This document shows positions 46,712-57,133 of a DNA stretch of 64,000 nucleotides, piece by piece. The position numbers and the translations under genes were made by a program. A model generated the notes under the pieces. That model searched no databases. It saw only the letters and a list, made by a program, of their open reading frames with translations, and had not been told where the DNA came from. Location of the stretch: the IMG/VR virus record IMGVR_UViG_3300020469_000009, one strand, 5' to 3'. This DNA is from a virus. Within the stretch, counting starts at the first letter, position 1; each line of letters starts with the position of its first letter.

Positions 46712-47699
46712 TATTTACCATAAATGTAAATCTATGCAGAACTCTTTTTTCTAGTAATTCTTCTGCTACAAATTCTCTTTTGTGTTGTGTAATTAATTGG
46801 TCCATAAGTATAATATCGCCATCTTCCCAATGATGCTCATATACATATTTGTCTTGAAACATCCAATCATATAAATCTTGTACTAATGTTTCATCGCCTT
46901 CAACACTCATATTATTTAGCCTATGAAAGTAAATACCTTCAATACCTTTTCTATTTTTCTGTATTAGTTTCATATCCATTGCTCTTCTTTCTTTGTTTAA
47001 AGATAAGAATTGCATAGTAATTCTTTGCATTGGATGCATTTTAGAAACATCAGCCCATTTCTTGTGGTCATATTCAAAGTGAGCTTTTTTACCTTCACAT
47101 CTAGCTCTTAATTCTTCTGGCATCTCTTTCAAAGCAGGTACACTGTTAGCATAAAAAGTACTTGCAACATTAGAATCTTTAATTGCTTGTAATCCTACAC
47201 CATCAGCTTCATAAAAATTACCTAAATTGCAGTGCCAATCTAAATCTCCTGTACCAAATATACCACCGCCAAATTTACCTTTCTTTTCACCAGTGACTCT
47301 TTGCACTGGATATGTGTTAGGTTCAGTTAATTGATACGGGTCTTTATAAGGTAATTGTTCAGTAAGTGCTGATGCTGGTGCTCTTGCATTATCCCAAGAT
47401 TGATTGCCTGCTTCAGGTGTAGATGTATATCCAACATTGCCAGTCCACTGCTCTGGTATTTCTATTAAGTCTCCATTTGGCATCCAGGAACACTGTCTCC
47501 AGTTATAGATACCATCTCTTGCTATAGTATCTACAATTTTAGCAAAGTAATTAGAATCTGTATTTTGTTTTCTTAGTAATACTATTTGTTTATTGAATAA
47601 CCACTCCCTGCATATTTTTCCAAGTTCTCTAATATCATTATCATTATCAGGAGAATCTACTACAATTTCGCAGTGAGTTGGATGTATTAATGTGTCCAT
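46671..47699 (-). CDS. TauD/TfdA family dioxygenase-like (H-x-N), paralog
   Basis: YPVQRVTGEKK shared with neighbour; LDWHCN; HHWEDGDIILMDQ..TQHKR. Confidence 0.8.
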   Translation of the reverse strand: MDTLIHPTHCEIVVDSPDNDNDIRELGKICREWLFNKQIVLLRKQNTDSNYFAKIVDTIARDGIYNWRQCSWMPNGDLIEIPEQWTGNVGYTSTPEAGNQSWDNARAPASALTEQLPYKDPYQLTEPNTYPVQRVTGEKKGKFGGGIFGTGDLDWHCNLGNFYEADGVGLQAIKDSNVASTFYANSVPALKEMPEELRARCEGKKAHFEYDHKKWADVSKMHPMQRITMQFLSLNKERRAMDMKLIQKNRKGIEGIYFHRLNNMSVEGDETLVQDLYDWMFQDKYVYEHHWEDGDIILMDQLITQHKREFVAEELLEKRVLHRFTFMVNNDDEWVREQQNSF

Positions 47700-47926
47700 T
47701 ACGTATTTAACTCGTTTTTATTCATATAAAATCTTACACCTTTAAAGCCAACTATATCTGTAGGTTCTATTTTAAATTGAAACTTTTTACCCATTTCATG
47801 TTGTCTTCTTAAAAAACTCATAGCATTTTCATGTGCCTCAAACATATCTTTACCATTTACCATCTTTGTAGTGGTATAGCCAGGAAACTTTAATATTGCA
47901 CGGACATGCACAGGTTTTGATTTCAT
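47699..47926 (-). CDS. small basic hypothetical protein
   Basis: translationally coupled on both sides. Confidence 0.6.
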   Translation of the reverse strand: MKSKPVHVRAILKFPGYTTTKMVNGKDMFEAHENAMSFLRRQHEMGKKFQFKIEPTDIVGFKGVRFYMNKNELNT

Positions 47927-49161
47927 TAGTCAGCTTTTGATAATAGTGCGACAGAAGACCTGCCACCAAAACCAAAACTATTTTTTAAAGCATAATTAAT
48001 TTGCATTTCTTTAGGCTTTGTAATTAAGTCAAAATAATCATCACAAGGGTCTTTTAAATTAGCTGTATGTAAAGCAATTCCTTTATTCATCATCATACAT
48101 GTATAAGTTATTTCTGCTAATGTACATGCACCCATTGCATGACCTATATGTCCTTTTAGTGCTGATATTGTTGTACCCTTGGGAAGATAATCTTTTAAGG
48201 TGTTCAATTCTATTTCATCTCCCCTCGGTGTACCTGTGGCGTGCGCATTTACGTAGTCAATATCATCATACGTAATATCTTTGTCTTTCATTAAAGACTC
48301 CAAAGCCATTCTATAAGCTTTGCCATCGTCAGCTGGTGCCATAGGATGTCCAGCATCATTTCGATTTCTTACATCATCTACATAACAAAGAATTTTGGCC
48401 CCTCTTTTTTTAGCCTCATCTTCTCTTTCTACAATCATAGCTGCATAAGAGTTTCTAAGTACTGTGCCTGTTCTATTTTTGTCAAATGGTCTACAAACAC
48501 CATCTGGTGCTGCTGCACCTAAAGACATAAAGAACCATCTTGTTAATTCATGAGCATCTAATTGTTCATATCCTGTCAATATTGCATATTTGTTTCCTCT
48601 TTCCAAATATGCTTTTGCCATATCTAATAAGTAAATACCTGATGAACAAGTAGCAGCTGACTGATATACCGGTCCGTGTAATCCATAAATTCTTGATATT
48701 TCTGTTTGTAAGAAATCAATATTTACATTTAGTAAAAAATATGGATTCATACGTTTAAACTTTTTAATTAGTCCTTGATATATTTCTGCTTTTTTAGCAG
48801 GGTCTTCTTCATGTTCTTCTTTCCATTTTTCAAACCAATAAGACTGAAAGTATTCTAATGTAGTTGTAATAGGACCTCTTGTAGTACCAGTCATAATAGG
48901 TGCTTCTATATCAGATTTAAAATCAATATCAGCCATATTTTTTGCTTTATCAACTAAATCTAATACTGTCATTGTAGACCTATCATAATATTTAGTCATA
49001 GCTTTTCTTAATAATCCTTTTTCAACTATAGAGCTTTTTATAGCATCAATATCCATAGATACTGAAGTATCATCTTTCATATATCTGTCAAAATTATTTT
49101 CAATACCATCACTTCCCATACAGTCCGCAATAGCAACTCCTGTCACAGCTAATCTAGTCAT
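47926..49161 (-). CDS. fabF: beta-ketoacyl-ACP synthase (FabF/FabB-like)
   Basis: ATCSSG, RPFD..R.G, NAHATGTP.GD, KGHIGH, NSFGFGG. Confidence 0.9.
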   Translation of the reverse strand: MTRLAVTGVAIADCMGSDGIENNFDRYMKDDTSVSMDIDAIKSSIVEKGLLRKAMTKYYDRSTMTVLDLVDKAKNMADIDFKSDIEAPIMTGTTRGPITTTLEYFQSYWFEKWKEEHEEDPAKKAEIYQGLIKKFKRMNPYFLLNVNIDFLQTEISRIYGLHGPVYQSAATCSSGIYLLDMAKAYLERGNKYAILTGYEQLDAHELTRWFFMSLGAAAPDGVCRPFDKNRTGTVLRNSYAAMIVEREDEAKKRGAKILCYVDDVRNRNDAGHPMAPADDGKAYRMALESLMKDKDITYDDIDYVNAHATGTPRGDEIELNTLKDYLPKGTTISALKGHIGHAMGACTLAEITYTCMMMNKGIALHTANLKDPCDDYFDLITKPKEMQINYALKNSFGFGGRSSVALLSKAD

Positions 49162-50005
49162 CTAATACTCCCATTGTTGGGTCTCCAGCTTTTAATTGTT
49201 CAATAGCTTTTTCTCCAACTTTTGCATCTTGAGTTTTTTTAATTCTTTTTGCAATTAAATTTTTCATTGCTTGTCTATCTCCTCCTGCTTGTGCTGCTTC
49301 TTCATCAATACCAAATGCACTTTGTACATCTTCTTCTATATTATTTTCTATATCTTTTAATCTTTGTCTTGCAGCCGTTGGTGATATTTCAAAATATGTA
49401 CCAAACGTTAGTTCTTGTATATGAATATCTTCTGGTTGTTCAACTAACCAATGTACTTTTTTAGCTACTTCTTCACCGTCCATAAAACTTTCTGGTGTAA
49501 ATACAGGTTTAAACAAAGCAACTGCATCTGTATCTACAAATCCAGGTTTCATACAAGTCACTTTACATGGGTACTTTCTAGTAAATCTGTGTGATAATTG
49601 TTTACCAATAAATTGTAATCTATTTTTTTCACTGACATACGGACCCCAGAACTCATTATAAAATGCTCTAGTAATATCATTGTTAGCCATTTCACTAAAA
49701 TTTGTATGAGCCATACCACTTGTAGAACTCATAATAATAATGTGCTTCTTTTTATCTTGCCACTTATTATAAAGACCATAAGTAATTTTTGCTTGACTAT
49801 CTGGCCAGTAAACATTATTAATAAAAATATCTGGGTCTTCTTGTAATACCCAATTAATTACTGATTTATGTTTACCTACATTAACACCATTAGAACGAGA
49901 ACCACCTACAACTGTATAGTGATTAGCTTCTAATCTTTCTTTAATTGCTTTACCAACACCTTTAGTATGTCCAGTAATGCATACTTTTTTATTTTCAAAT
50001 GCCAT
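49154..50005 (-). CDS. short-chain dehydrogenase/reductase
   Basis: ITGHTKGVG, FINN, MSS, YVSEK, PGFVDT. Confidence 0.85.
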   Translation of the reverse strand: MAFENKKVCITGHTKGVGKAIKERLEANHYTVVGGSRSNGVNVGKHKSVINWVLQEDPDIFINNVYWPDSQAKITYGLYNKWQDKKKHIIIMSSTSGMAHTNFSEMANNDITRAFYNEFWGPYVSEKNRLQFIGKQLSHRFTRKYPCKVTCMKPGFVDTDAVALFKPVFTPESFMDGEEVAKKVHWLVEQPEDIHIQELTFGTYFEISPTAARQRLKDIENNIEEDVQSAFGIDEEAAQAGGDRQAMKNLIAKRIKKTQDAKVGEKAIEQLKAGDPTMGVLDD

Positions 50006-50220
50006 TAGTCAAAATACTTTTTTAAAGCGTCTAGTTTATCATCACACTCAGCAATCTTCATAAGTTCACCTTCAATAGTGACTGCTGTGTCAGGATGTTC
50101 TGCAACACCTACACCATTTGTGATAAGTGTTCTTACATTTAAAATATGAGCTTCTTTTTCACCTCTTAGTTTAAGAGTTAAAGCATTAACCCATTGTTCA
50201 CTTAAATTACTATTACTCAT
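50005..50220 (-). CDS. small conserved phage protein
   Basis: GVGVAEHPD motif. Confidence 0.7.
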   Translation of the reverse strand: MSNSNLSEQWVNALTLKLRGEKEAHILNVRTLITNGVGVAEHPDTAVTIEGELMKIAECDDKLDALKKYFD

Positions 50221-50918
50221 TTATAGTTCTCCTTTATCCAATCATGTTTCTCCAACACTTGTTCAGGGTTGGGTTCTCCGTGGAATACACAGACTTTCCC
50301 GCCATCAGGAATTTCTCTTCCAAACATTTCACTTCTATCTCCTGCATGGGCGCCTCTTGCCATTCCTTTTTTGTAGGACCATGCCCACTCGTCTGGGAAT
50401 GGCTTACAGTAATCAGGGTAAGCATTAAAGTAGCTACTAATAACATTTTGATCACCGAAAAATGATACTTGTTTTTGAAAATCATGAAACACCTTTTTAT
50501 TAGTAATATAATACTCATAAATTGAAGAATATTCTTTGGAATTAAATCTCATGATTGAAGAATTATATTCTTTTCCAGGTAATATACCATTATCTGGTCT
50601 TATAAAGTCTCTTAAAATACCAAATTTTTCATGTTCAAAGAAACAATCTATATTATCTACAATAACTACATCTAAATCAAAATATAACCATTCACCTTCA
50701 CCCATTACATCAGTATTAAACATTTGTAATTTGTTCCACCAACCTTGAAAGCCTGGTAATAGTTCAATAGGTTTAATTGGGCCCGTGTAAAAATTCTGGT
50801 CGGTCATTACATAAAAGTTAAACTCTTTTGTAGTGTTTCGTTTGACCATATTGTATAATCTTTCAGTATAAGACTTAGGATATTTAGTACCCCAGTTTGT
50901 GCATACTACATTTATCAT
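50217..50918 (-). CDS. GT-A glycosyltransferase (GT8-like)
   Basis: WGTKY, GWWNKL, YFDLDVVI, NSS, GDQ, VFHG.P. Confidence 0.8.
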   Translation of the reverse strand: MINVVCTNWGTKYPKSYTERLYNMVKRNTTKEFNFYVMTDQNFYTGPIKPIELLPGFQGWWNKLQMFNTDVMGEGEWLYFDLDVVIVDNIDCFFEHEKFGILRDFIRPDNGILPGKEYNSSIMRFNSKEYSSIYEYYITNKKVFHDFQKQVSFFGDQNVISSYFNAYPDYCKPFPDEWAWSYKKGMARGAHAGDRSEMFGREIPDGGKVCVFHGEPNPEQVLEKHDWIKENYK

Positions 50919-51583
50919 ATTTCTAACCAGTCCTTACACATATCAGTCCATGCTTGGTGATATTCGCATCTTCTATAGTTTGCAAACCAAGGACCACCGT
51001 CTGTGTAATGTACGATATTTGATTCTTCTGGTTTGTCATAATAACCTATTAAATGATTCCACTTATAATCTAATTCACCTATATTATCTGCCCATAACAT
51101 TCTATGAAGATACATTGGTGACTCAGTATTTACTATTTCTGGTGTGAGATTCTTACATTTTTCGTTATTGAATAACATTACACTTGACCAATTTTTTCTT
51201 GGATAAGCATGCTGCATTTTGCCGTCCATCTTTGTCATAGATTTTGGTGAATAATCGTGTTTTACACAAGAAACTGATGCATTTCTATGTTTTGGATTAT
51301 TCATAATATTAACTAAATCAGCTTGCACTAACATATCACAATCCATAAACAAAGAATAACCTTTATAATTCATAAGTGCTGGTGGTAAAAATCTAGTAAT
51401 TGTAAATTCAGTAGAACCTTTTTTATCGTCTGCTCTTGTATAGAAACCTTGTTCTCTCAGTTCATGTAATTTAAGTGGTACAACTTCTATATTTGGATTT
51501 TCTTTTTGTATAGAGTGTTTTGCTACTTGGTATGCAATATCTTCTCTAGAATCCCAACCTATAAAGACTTTAAAATCCTGCAC
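50915..51583 (-). CDS. GT-A glycosyltransferase (GT8-like)
   Basis: FIGWDSRE, STEF..TRF, FMDCD, YPRKNWSS, HYTDGGPWF. Confidence 0.85.
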   Translation of the reverse strand: MQDFKVFIGWDSREDIAYQVAKHSIQKENPNIEVVPLKLHELREQGFYTRADDKKGSTEFTITRFLPPALMNYKGYSLFMDCDMLVQADLVNIMNNPKHRNASVSCVKHDYSPKSMTKMDGKMQHAYPRKNWSSVMLFNNEKCKNLTPEIVNTESPMYLHRMLWADNIGELDYKWNHLIGYYDKPEESNIVHYTDGGPWFANYRRCEYHQAWTDMCKDWLEI

Positions 51584-52331
51584 TTTTTCTTTCCTTTGAA
51601 TAACCTAATTGTTTTCTAGATGGTCCTTTTAAATGATCAAAATATTCACCTAATGGACCTACAACTAGTGGATGTTTACTTTGTGCACCAAAACCTAAGT
51701 CCATACACTTTATAACATTTGATTTAATCATAGGAAAAGTAGTTTCATCAAAGGCAATACAGTCGTGCCAAGCTGAATATTCAAATATTTTATCACCATC
51801 ATACATATTACGATAAACACTGCACCACTCGTTGTGATTTTTATTTTCAGTGTCCCAAATCATAATGCTAGTTTCAGTATATTTAGCTGGCATTCTATTT
51901 ACAAATGACAGATAAACATCTGGGTGTACTATTTTTTCTAAAACTTCTAAAGGTAAGTCTTTCATAGTGACATTATCACCATCTAAATAAATTACGTATT
52001 TAGTCTTAGGATTTTCCAGTTCTTCTAGTTGTGCATATACTTTGTATGCAAATTTAGATGCTTGATGTGTAATATTATTTACATGCACATCATTTACATG
52101 TGGGTGTCTATCTTTATTTCTTTCAGCAAATTGCTTGTGTTCAGGTATTTCAGTATGGTAATCTAAAAAGTGTACTCTTGGTGATACAAAATCTGGTGGT
52201 TGACCTTCATAATAAACATATAAGTGTATATCTTTTGGCCAATGCTTATCAAAAGCTGCTACGGATTTATGTCCATATTGTTCCCAATTATGTGGGCCTA
52301 GTGTCATTACGACTGAAAATTTACTTACCAT
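51570..52331 (-). CDS. GT-A glycosyltransferase-like protein
   Basis: KFAYKVYA, YLDGD, WHDC, HLKG. Confidence 0.7.
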   Translation of the reverse strand: MVSKFSVVMTLGPHNWEQYGHKSVAAFDKHWPKDIHLYVYYEGQPPDFVSPRVHFLDYHTEIPEHKQFAERNKDRHPHVNDVHVNNITHQASKFAYKVYAQLEELENPKTKYVIYLDGDNVTMKDLPLEVLEKIVHPDVYLSFVNRMPAKYTETSIMIWDTENKNHNEWCSVYRNMYDGDKIFEYSAWHDCIAFDETTFPMIKSNVIKCMDLGFGAQSKHPLVVGPLGEYFDHLKGPSRKQLGYSKERKSAGF

Positions 52332-53506
52332 GTGTACCCTGAGCTGTGTAATTCATGAGCTATTACATCATAAGCCAAATCAATTTTGTCTGTAATATCT
52401 ACTGAATCATTACCTAAGAAAAAACCGTGGTCATGAATAGTATCAGCATTTGGTAATGTACCAATTACTTCATAATCTAAATGTTCAATGACAGGGTTTC
52501 TTAAAAAATTACCTGCAACAATTGGTCTAATTTCTACTTGTGCTGCTTGCAATGCAGTGGTTAATTTTTTTCTATCAAAATCTGGATGTATTACTGAAAA
52601 ACCAAACCAAGAACTAGTGCCATGCTCTTCTTGTGTAATTACCATATCTTTAAATTTTTCTTTAAAGTACTTTGCATTTTTTCTTCTTTCTTCCATCATT
52701 GCAGGCCATTTTGCTAATTGTACTTGTCCAATTGCTCCACTCATATCTAATGGTCTTACACTATAACCAGGTAATACAAATTTAAAGCTATCTTCAAATG
52801 GGTCTCCTGTTTTGTCATGTATAAAATTCTTATCAGGTAATGTTCTTAACCAACCATGTGCTCTCATAGAGTCTAAGTAATGAGAATCTTCTTCTGTATG
52901 ACACAAAATCATACCACCCTCCATAGTTTGTAGATGATGACTAAAGAAAAATGAGTGTGTACCCATGTCTCCCAATGTACCAGTTTTCTTACCCTCTAAC
53001 TCAGCACCAAATGATTCACAATTGTCTTCAAATAAATGCATATCATTTTCGTCACAAATATCTCTTAGTTCTTGTAAGTGTGATGGATTGCCAAGTAAAT
53101 TTACAGTAAATATAGCTTTTGGTTTTAAATATGGATTATTAACAGCTTTTTTAACTTGTTCTACATCTAGATTAAGTGTATGCAAATCAACATCGCAAAA
53201 AATTAATCTAAGTCCATATTGTTGTAGTGGAAAGTATGTAGTAGACCAAGATACTGCTGGTACAATAACATAATCACCTTTCCATAAATTGTATGATGGA
53301 TTTAACACTGCAGAACCAATTGCTAATAAATTTGCAGATGAACCACTATTGACCATCTTAGCATAAGGTGCACCCATATATTCAGCAAACTGTTTTTCAA
53401 AGGTAAATACTTCTTCACCCATAGTGTATCTACCAGATTTAATTACTTTTTGAATGGCATCAACTTCTTCAGTTCCCCATGTATCACAGCTTAATGGGTA
53501 CTTCAT
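52325..53506 (-). CDS. colD: GDP-4-keto-6-deoxymannose 3-dehydratase (ColD-type, DegT family)
   Basis: [28 protein letters not shown] with His at the usual Lys position. Confidence 0.8.
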   Translation of the reverse strand: MKYPLSCDTWGTEEVDAIQKVIKSGRYTMGEEVFTFEKQFAEYMGAPYAKMVNSGSSANLLAIGSAVLNPSYNLWKGDYVIVPAVSWSTTYFPLQQYGLRLIFCDVDLHTLNLDVEQVKKAVNNPYLKPKAIFTVNLLGNPSHLQELRDICDENDMHLFEDNCESFGAELEGKKTGTLGDMGTHSFFFSHHLQTMEGGMILCHTEEDSHYLDSMRAHGWLRTLPDKNFIHDKTGDPFEDSFKFVLPGYSVRPLDMSGAIGQVQLAKWPAMMEERRKNAKYFKEKFKDMVITQEEHGTSSWFGFSVIHPDFDRKKLTTALQAAQVEIRPIVAGNFLRNPVIEHLDYEVIGTLPNADTIHDHGFFLGNDSVDITDKIDLAYDVIAHELHSSGYTW

Positions 53507-54540
53507 GGTCTCACCAAATGTTTTTCTAATTCTTTATCTATCATATCATCCATTAGTGTTTTAAAATTATATTCAAACTTCCAACCTAATTCTTTTTGTG
53601 CTTTAGAAGAATCACCATGTAATAACTGTACTTCAGCAGGTCTAAAAAATTCTTCATCACACTCAATAACTAATTTGTCACCAAAATAACCTTTTTCTTC
53701 TATACCTTTGCCTTCCCATTTTAAAGGCATACCTAATTTACCAAAAACATATTCACAACATTCTTTTACAGAATGTATTTCTCCAGTTGCTAATACATAA
53801 TCTTCAGGTTTATCTTGTTGTAGCATTAGATACATACCATTAACATAATCTTTTGCATGTCCCCAGTCTCTCATGGCATCTAAATTACCAAGTGTTAACT
53901 TTTCTTGTTCATCACTGGATATAGCTACTGCAGCTTTTACAATTTTTTGAGTCACAAAATCATCACCACGTCTTGGTGATTCATGATTAAACAATATGCC
54001 ATTACATGCAAACATACCGTAAGATTCTCTATAATTTCTTGTAATCCAATATGCATATATTTTAGATACACCATAAGGTGAACGTGGCCAAAATGGCGTA
54101 TTTTCTGTTTGTGGTGTTTCAACTACTTTACCATACAATTCTGATGTAGAAGCTTGATAAAACTTACATGTTTTTTCTAAACCAGCTGTTCTAATAGCTT
54201 CTAATAATCTTGTCACTCCTAATCCTGATGCATCAGCTGTGTACACAGGAATGTCAAAAGATATTCTTACATGTGACATAGCAGCTAAATTATAAACTTC
54301 ATCAGGTTTTATCATTGACACTAATTTATCTAGTGTAGAACCATCTGTCATATCACCATAGTGTAGCCAAAAACGTTCGTGATTTAATATATTTTTAATT
54401 CTGCCTGTATTATCTGTTGCTCCTCTTCTACGAATGGCATGCACTTCATACCCTTTTTCTAATAAAAGTTCAGCTAAATATGGCCCGTCTTGTCCTGTAA
54501 TACCAGTGACAAAAGCTTTTTTGTTATCTCTAGTCTTCAT
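53503..54540 (-). CDS. gmd: GDP-mannose 4,6-dehydratase
   Basis: [35 protein letters not shown]. Confidence 0.96.
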   Translation of the reverse strand: MKTRDNKKAFVTGITGQDGPYLAELLLEKGYEVHAIRRRGATDNTGRIKNILNHERFWLHYGDMTDGSTLDKLVSMIKPDEVYNLAAMSHVRISFDIPVYTADASGLGVTRLLEAIRTAGLEKTCKFYQASTSELYGKVVETPQTENTPFWPRSPYGVSKIYAYWITRNYRESYGMFACNGILFNHESPRRGDDFVTQKIVKAAVAISSDEQEKLTLGNLDAMRDWGHAKDYVNGMYLMLQQDKPEDYVLATGEIHSVKECCEYVFGKLGMPLKWEGKGIEEKGYFGDKLVIECDEEFFRPAEVQLLHGDSSKAQKELGWKFEYNFKTLMDDMIDKELEKHLVRP

Positions 54541-55504
54541 TATTTTGTCCTTTTAACATATTAGTATAATACCGTAATACTTCAATAGTTTTCAATTCTT
54601 CAATGGACCAAGATGTATAAGCTAAGTTATATAACCATTGATGTCTTTTATCCCATTCAAAAAACTGAAAAGCATTATTAATGTCTTTTATATCAGTGAG
54701 ATACATAGGTGAACCAAATGCTCTTTTGCTTAACGCAAAAGTTGGTATACCTTCAGTCACAGCTTCTAATGCACCAGATGAACTATGAGTGACACATGCA
54801 TATGCTCCATTTAATGATTCAAATAAAGTTCTTCTAGATACTGGACAGTTATGCACTTCTAAATTTTCAATACCTTCAATACATTTTTTCAATGGTGACC
54901 TTGGGTCTAATTTTGGATGTGTTCTATAAATTATTTTTCTTTCTGTAATTTCTCTTATTTGTTTTAATGTTCTATTTGCAAATTTATGATAAGGTTCTAA
55001 ATCATCAAATTGCCACCCTGTTTCTGTTTGTGCTAAAAATACTATTGGACCGTCTTTATTATCTTGTGGTGGACCATCACAAAAATTAAATTGTTTTTTA
55101 AATGCTTCATATCTTTCTTTGGGTAAGTCTTGATTCCAGAATATACCTTGACCTGTACAAGAGTTTAAACCAACTCTAAACATCTGTGTTTCACTACTAT
55201 TCAGTGCATTTCTAATATGAGTTGAAAAGGCTGCTGAGTCTAAAAAGTAGCATGGTTGTTTTGCTGCTTCAATACCTCTTATAAGTACTGCTCTTTCTGT
55301 GTCTAATTTTCTTTGAGTGTATGAACCAAAAGCAAAACCTACATCACAACTTACTGTATGTGTGCCTTCATGTTTATATGCTGTAAATTCACCGCCTGAA
55401 TTATTGGCAGCACTGACTATAGATTCTAAAGCTGCAGTGATAGGATTACCACCATTATATCTTTTACCAGCTTTAATCGATGAGATATAGCTTACTATTT
55501 TCAT
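54530..55504 (-). CDS. capsule-biosynthesis (KpsS/KpsC-like) GT-B protein 1
   Basis: [24 protein letters not shown]. Confidence 0.65.
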   Translation of the reverse strand: MKIVSYISSIKAGKRYNGGNPITAALESIVSAANNSGGEFTAYKHEGTHTVSCDVGFAFGSYTQRKLDTERAVLIRGIEAAKQPCYFLDSAAFSTHIRNALNSSETQMFRVGLNSCTGQGIFWNQDLPKERYEAFKKQFNFCDGPPQDNKDGPIVFLAQTETGWQFDDLEPYHKFANRTLKQIREITERKIIYRTHPKLDPRSPLKKCIEGIENLEVHNCPVSRRTLFESLNGAYACVTHSSSGALEAVTEGIPTFALSKRAFGSPMYLTDIKDINNAFQFFEWDKRHQWLYNLAYTSWSIEELKTIEVLRYYTNMLKGQNNED

Positions 55505-56285
55505 AACAAATTCCTTCGCGCATTTCTTTTATAGAGTATTGTTTATAAGCTAAATTATAAAACAGTTGTTCTCTATCATATAGTTTTAAATTATTTATTT
55601 GGTCTAAAGAGTTGCTACACCAAGCAGCTGGACAATATTCTTTATTAGTAGATATTACGGGTATACCTGCTTTTAATGCATCAATTGATGTTAATGAACC
55701 TGCAGTAATTAAACAATATGCATTTTCTAATTCATCTTCAATACTTTTTTTAGCAACCGACGGTCCAGACGTACCTTTCCCTCTTGGTTTTAATCTTAGT
55801 TTTATAGGCCTATCAGTCTGATCAGATACATAGTCAACTACTTTTTGTACCCATTGTTCTACTGTCATGCCTGTCATATAATGTGTCATTGTTTGTGATG
55901 ATGGACATATTAATATATGCTCACCACTTGGTTGCCAAGGCTTTACTCCATCCGACCATTCTAAAAATCTATCAGCAGGTACATTTAGTCTTCTATTATC
56001 ATGCAAACTATTTGCACACCATCTCCAATAAGTGTTATCCCAGCCAAGCAATCTTACATTTGTTGGGTCATACCGACCATTATACGGCATATCACAAAAA
56101 ATATAATTATCATCACTTTTCATTATTTGAGGATTATTACCTATCAATCCCCACAATACATAATTATTATGCAAACCACTGTTAATTTTTGCACCTGGCC
56201 AACCTTCTTCTAAGGCTTTATAAATTTTATCCATCTTAGGAGATGGTCTAGGCTGTATTAAAGATATTCCTTTAGAAGTTTCCAA
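55473..56285 (-). CDS. capsule-biosynthesis-like GT-B protein 2
   Basis: LRLKP, GS...DA..GIPV, LAYKQY. Confidence 0.6.
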   Translation of the reverse strand: METSKGISLIQPRPSPKMDKIYKALEEGWPGAKINSGLHNNYVLWGLIGNNPQIMKSDDNYIFCDMPYNGRYDPTNVRLLGWDNTYWRWCANSLHDNRRLNVPADRFLEWSDGVKPWQPSGEHILICPSSQTMTHYMTGMTVEQWVQKVVDYVSDQTDRPIKLRLKPRGKGTSGPSVAKKSIEDELENAYCLITAGSLTSIDALKAGIPVISTNKEYCPAAWCSNSLDQINNLKLYDREQLFYNLAYKQYSIKEMREGICYENSKLYLID

Positions 56286-57115
56286 GGCTGCCCCTCTGCT
56301 AATTCTTGTTCATACCATTCAGTATATGCCATTTTTTCTAGCCATTCTGTACGGTCAGGTTTGTTTGGTGCTTCTATTTGTTTTATGTCAGTTGTTAAAT
56401 CATATGCAAATGAATTTGGACTTGTAATTACAGGTACTCCATTTAGTATTGCTTCAATTGCTGGTCCAGATGACCAATTAATTACACAATGTGTTTTTTG
56501 TAATAACTGTGGAAAATCTACTTTATCAATATCATTTAATGACTTGGGCTGAGATATTAATGTGTCAGGGTGTTTATAACTTACATAAGCAAAGTCAGTA
56601 AGATAATCTCTAGGATGTGGTCTTAATACAATTGGTCTATTTGAATGTTTTTTCAGTAAGTCGATCCATTGAACAACCCACTTTTCCATAGGTGGTAAAC
56701 CATGCCACTGCATCGAATCCCCTCTTTGAGTCGCAATAACAATATAGTCTTTATATTCTGATTCTCTCCAAGGTTTGACATCAATTCCAAATTTTTCCCA
56801 TCTTGGTTCTTTTTGTGGTTGTGGAAATTTTGCTGCTGCATTTATACCGTCAATTCCTAATCGCCAAGTAAGTCCTCTTCTTAATTGCCCGATTTCGATG
56901 ACAACGACTGGCTTTCCTCTACTTTTGAAATCATTATAGACATCTTGGTTAGGCTCCATTCTGCCAGCGAAAAGAATAGACCAAATAACAGCAACATCAG
57001 CATCCCTATCATTGTGAACAATGCTATCACCGCAAGACTCAATCCCTCTACCAAGGGCTTCAAATATTGGAGGACTGTTAAGCGCACCATAAGCAGTGAA
57101 TAAACTTACTTTCAT
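56258..57115 (-). CDS. capsule-biosynthesis-like GT-B protein 3
   Basis: LRPHP, NWSSGPAIEAILNGVPV, MAYTEW. Confidence 0.65.
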   Translation of the reverse strand: MKVSLFTAYGALNSPPIFEALGRGIESCGDSIVHNDRDADVAVIWSILFAGRMEPNQDVYNDFKSRGKPVVVIEIGQLRRGLTWRLGIDGINAAAKFPQPQKEPRWEKFGIDVKPWRESEYKDYIVIATQRGDSMQWHGLPPMEKWVVQWIDLLKKHSNRPIVLRPHPRDYLTDFAYVSYKHPDTLISQPKSLNDIDKVDFPQLLQKTHCVINWSSGPAIEAILNGVPVITSPNSFAYDLTTDIKQIEAPNKPDRTEWLEKMAYTEWYEQELAEGQPWKLLKEYL

Positions 57116-57133
57116 TGTAAGTATTATACTTCA

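Noticed and set aside
47699-50220. Small ORFs at 47699-47926 and 50005-50220 as acyl carrier proteins
   Set aside because: Neither has a D-S-L type serine motif, and 47699-47926 is basic.
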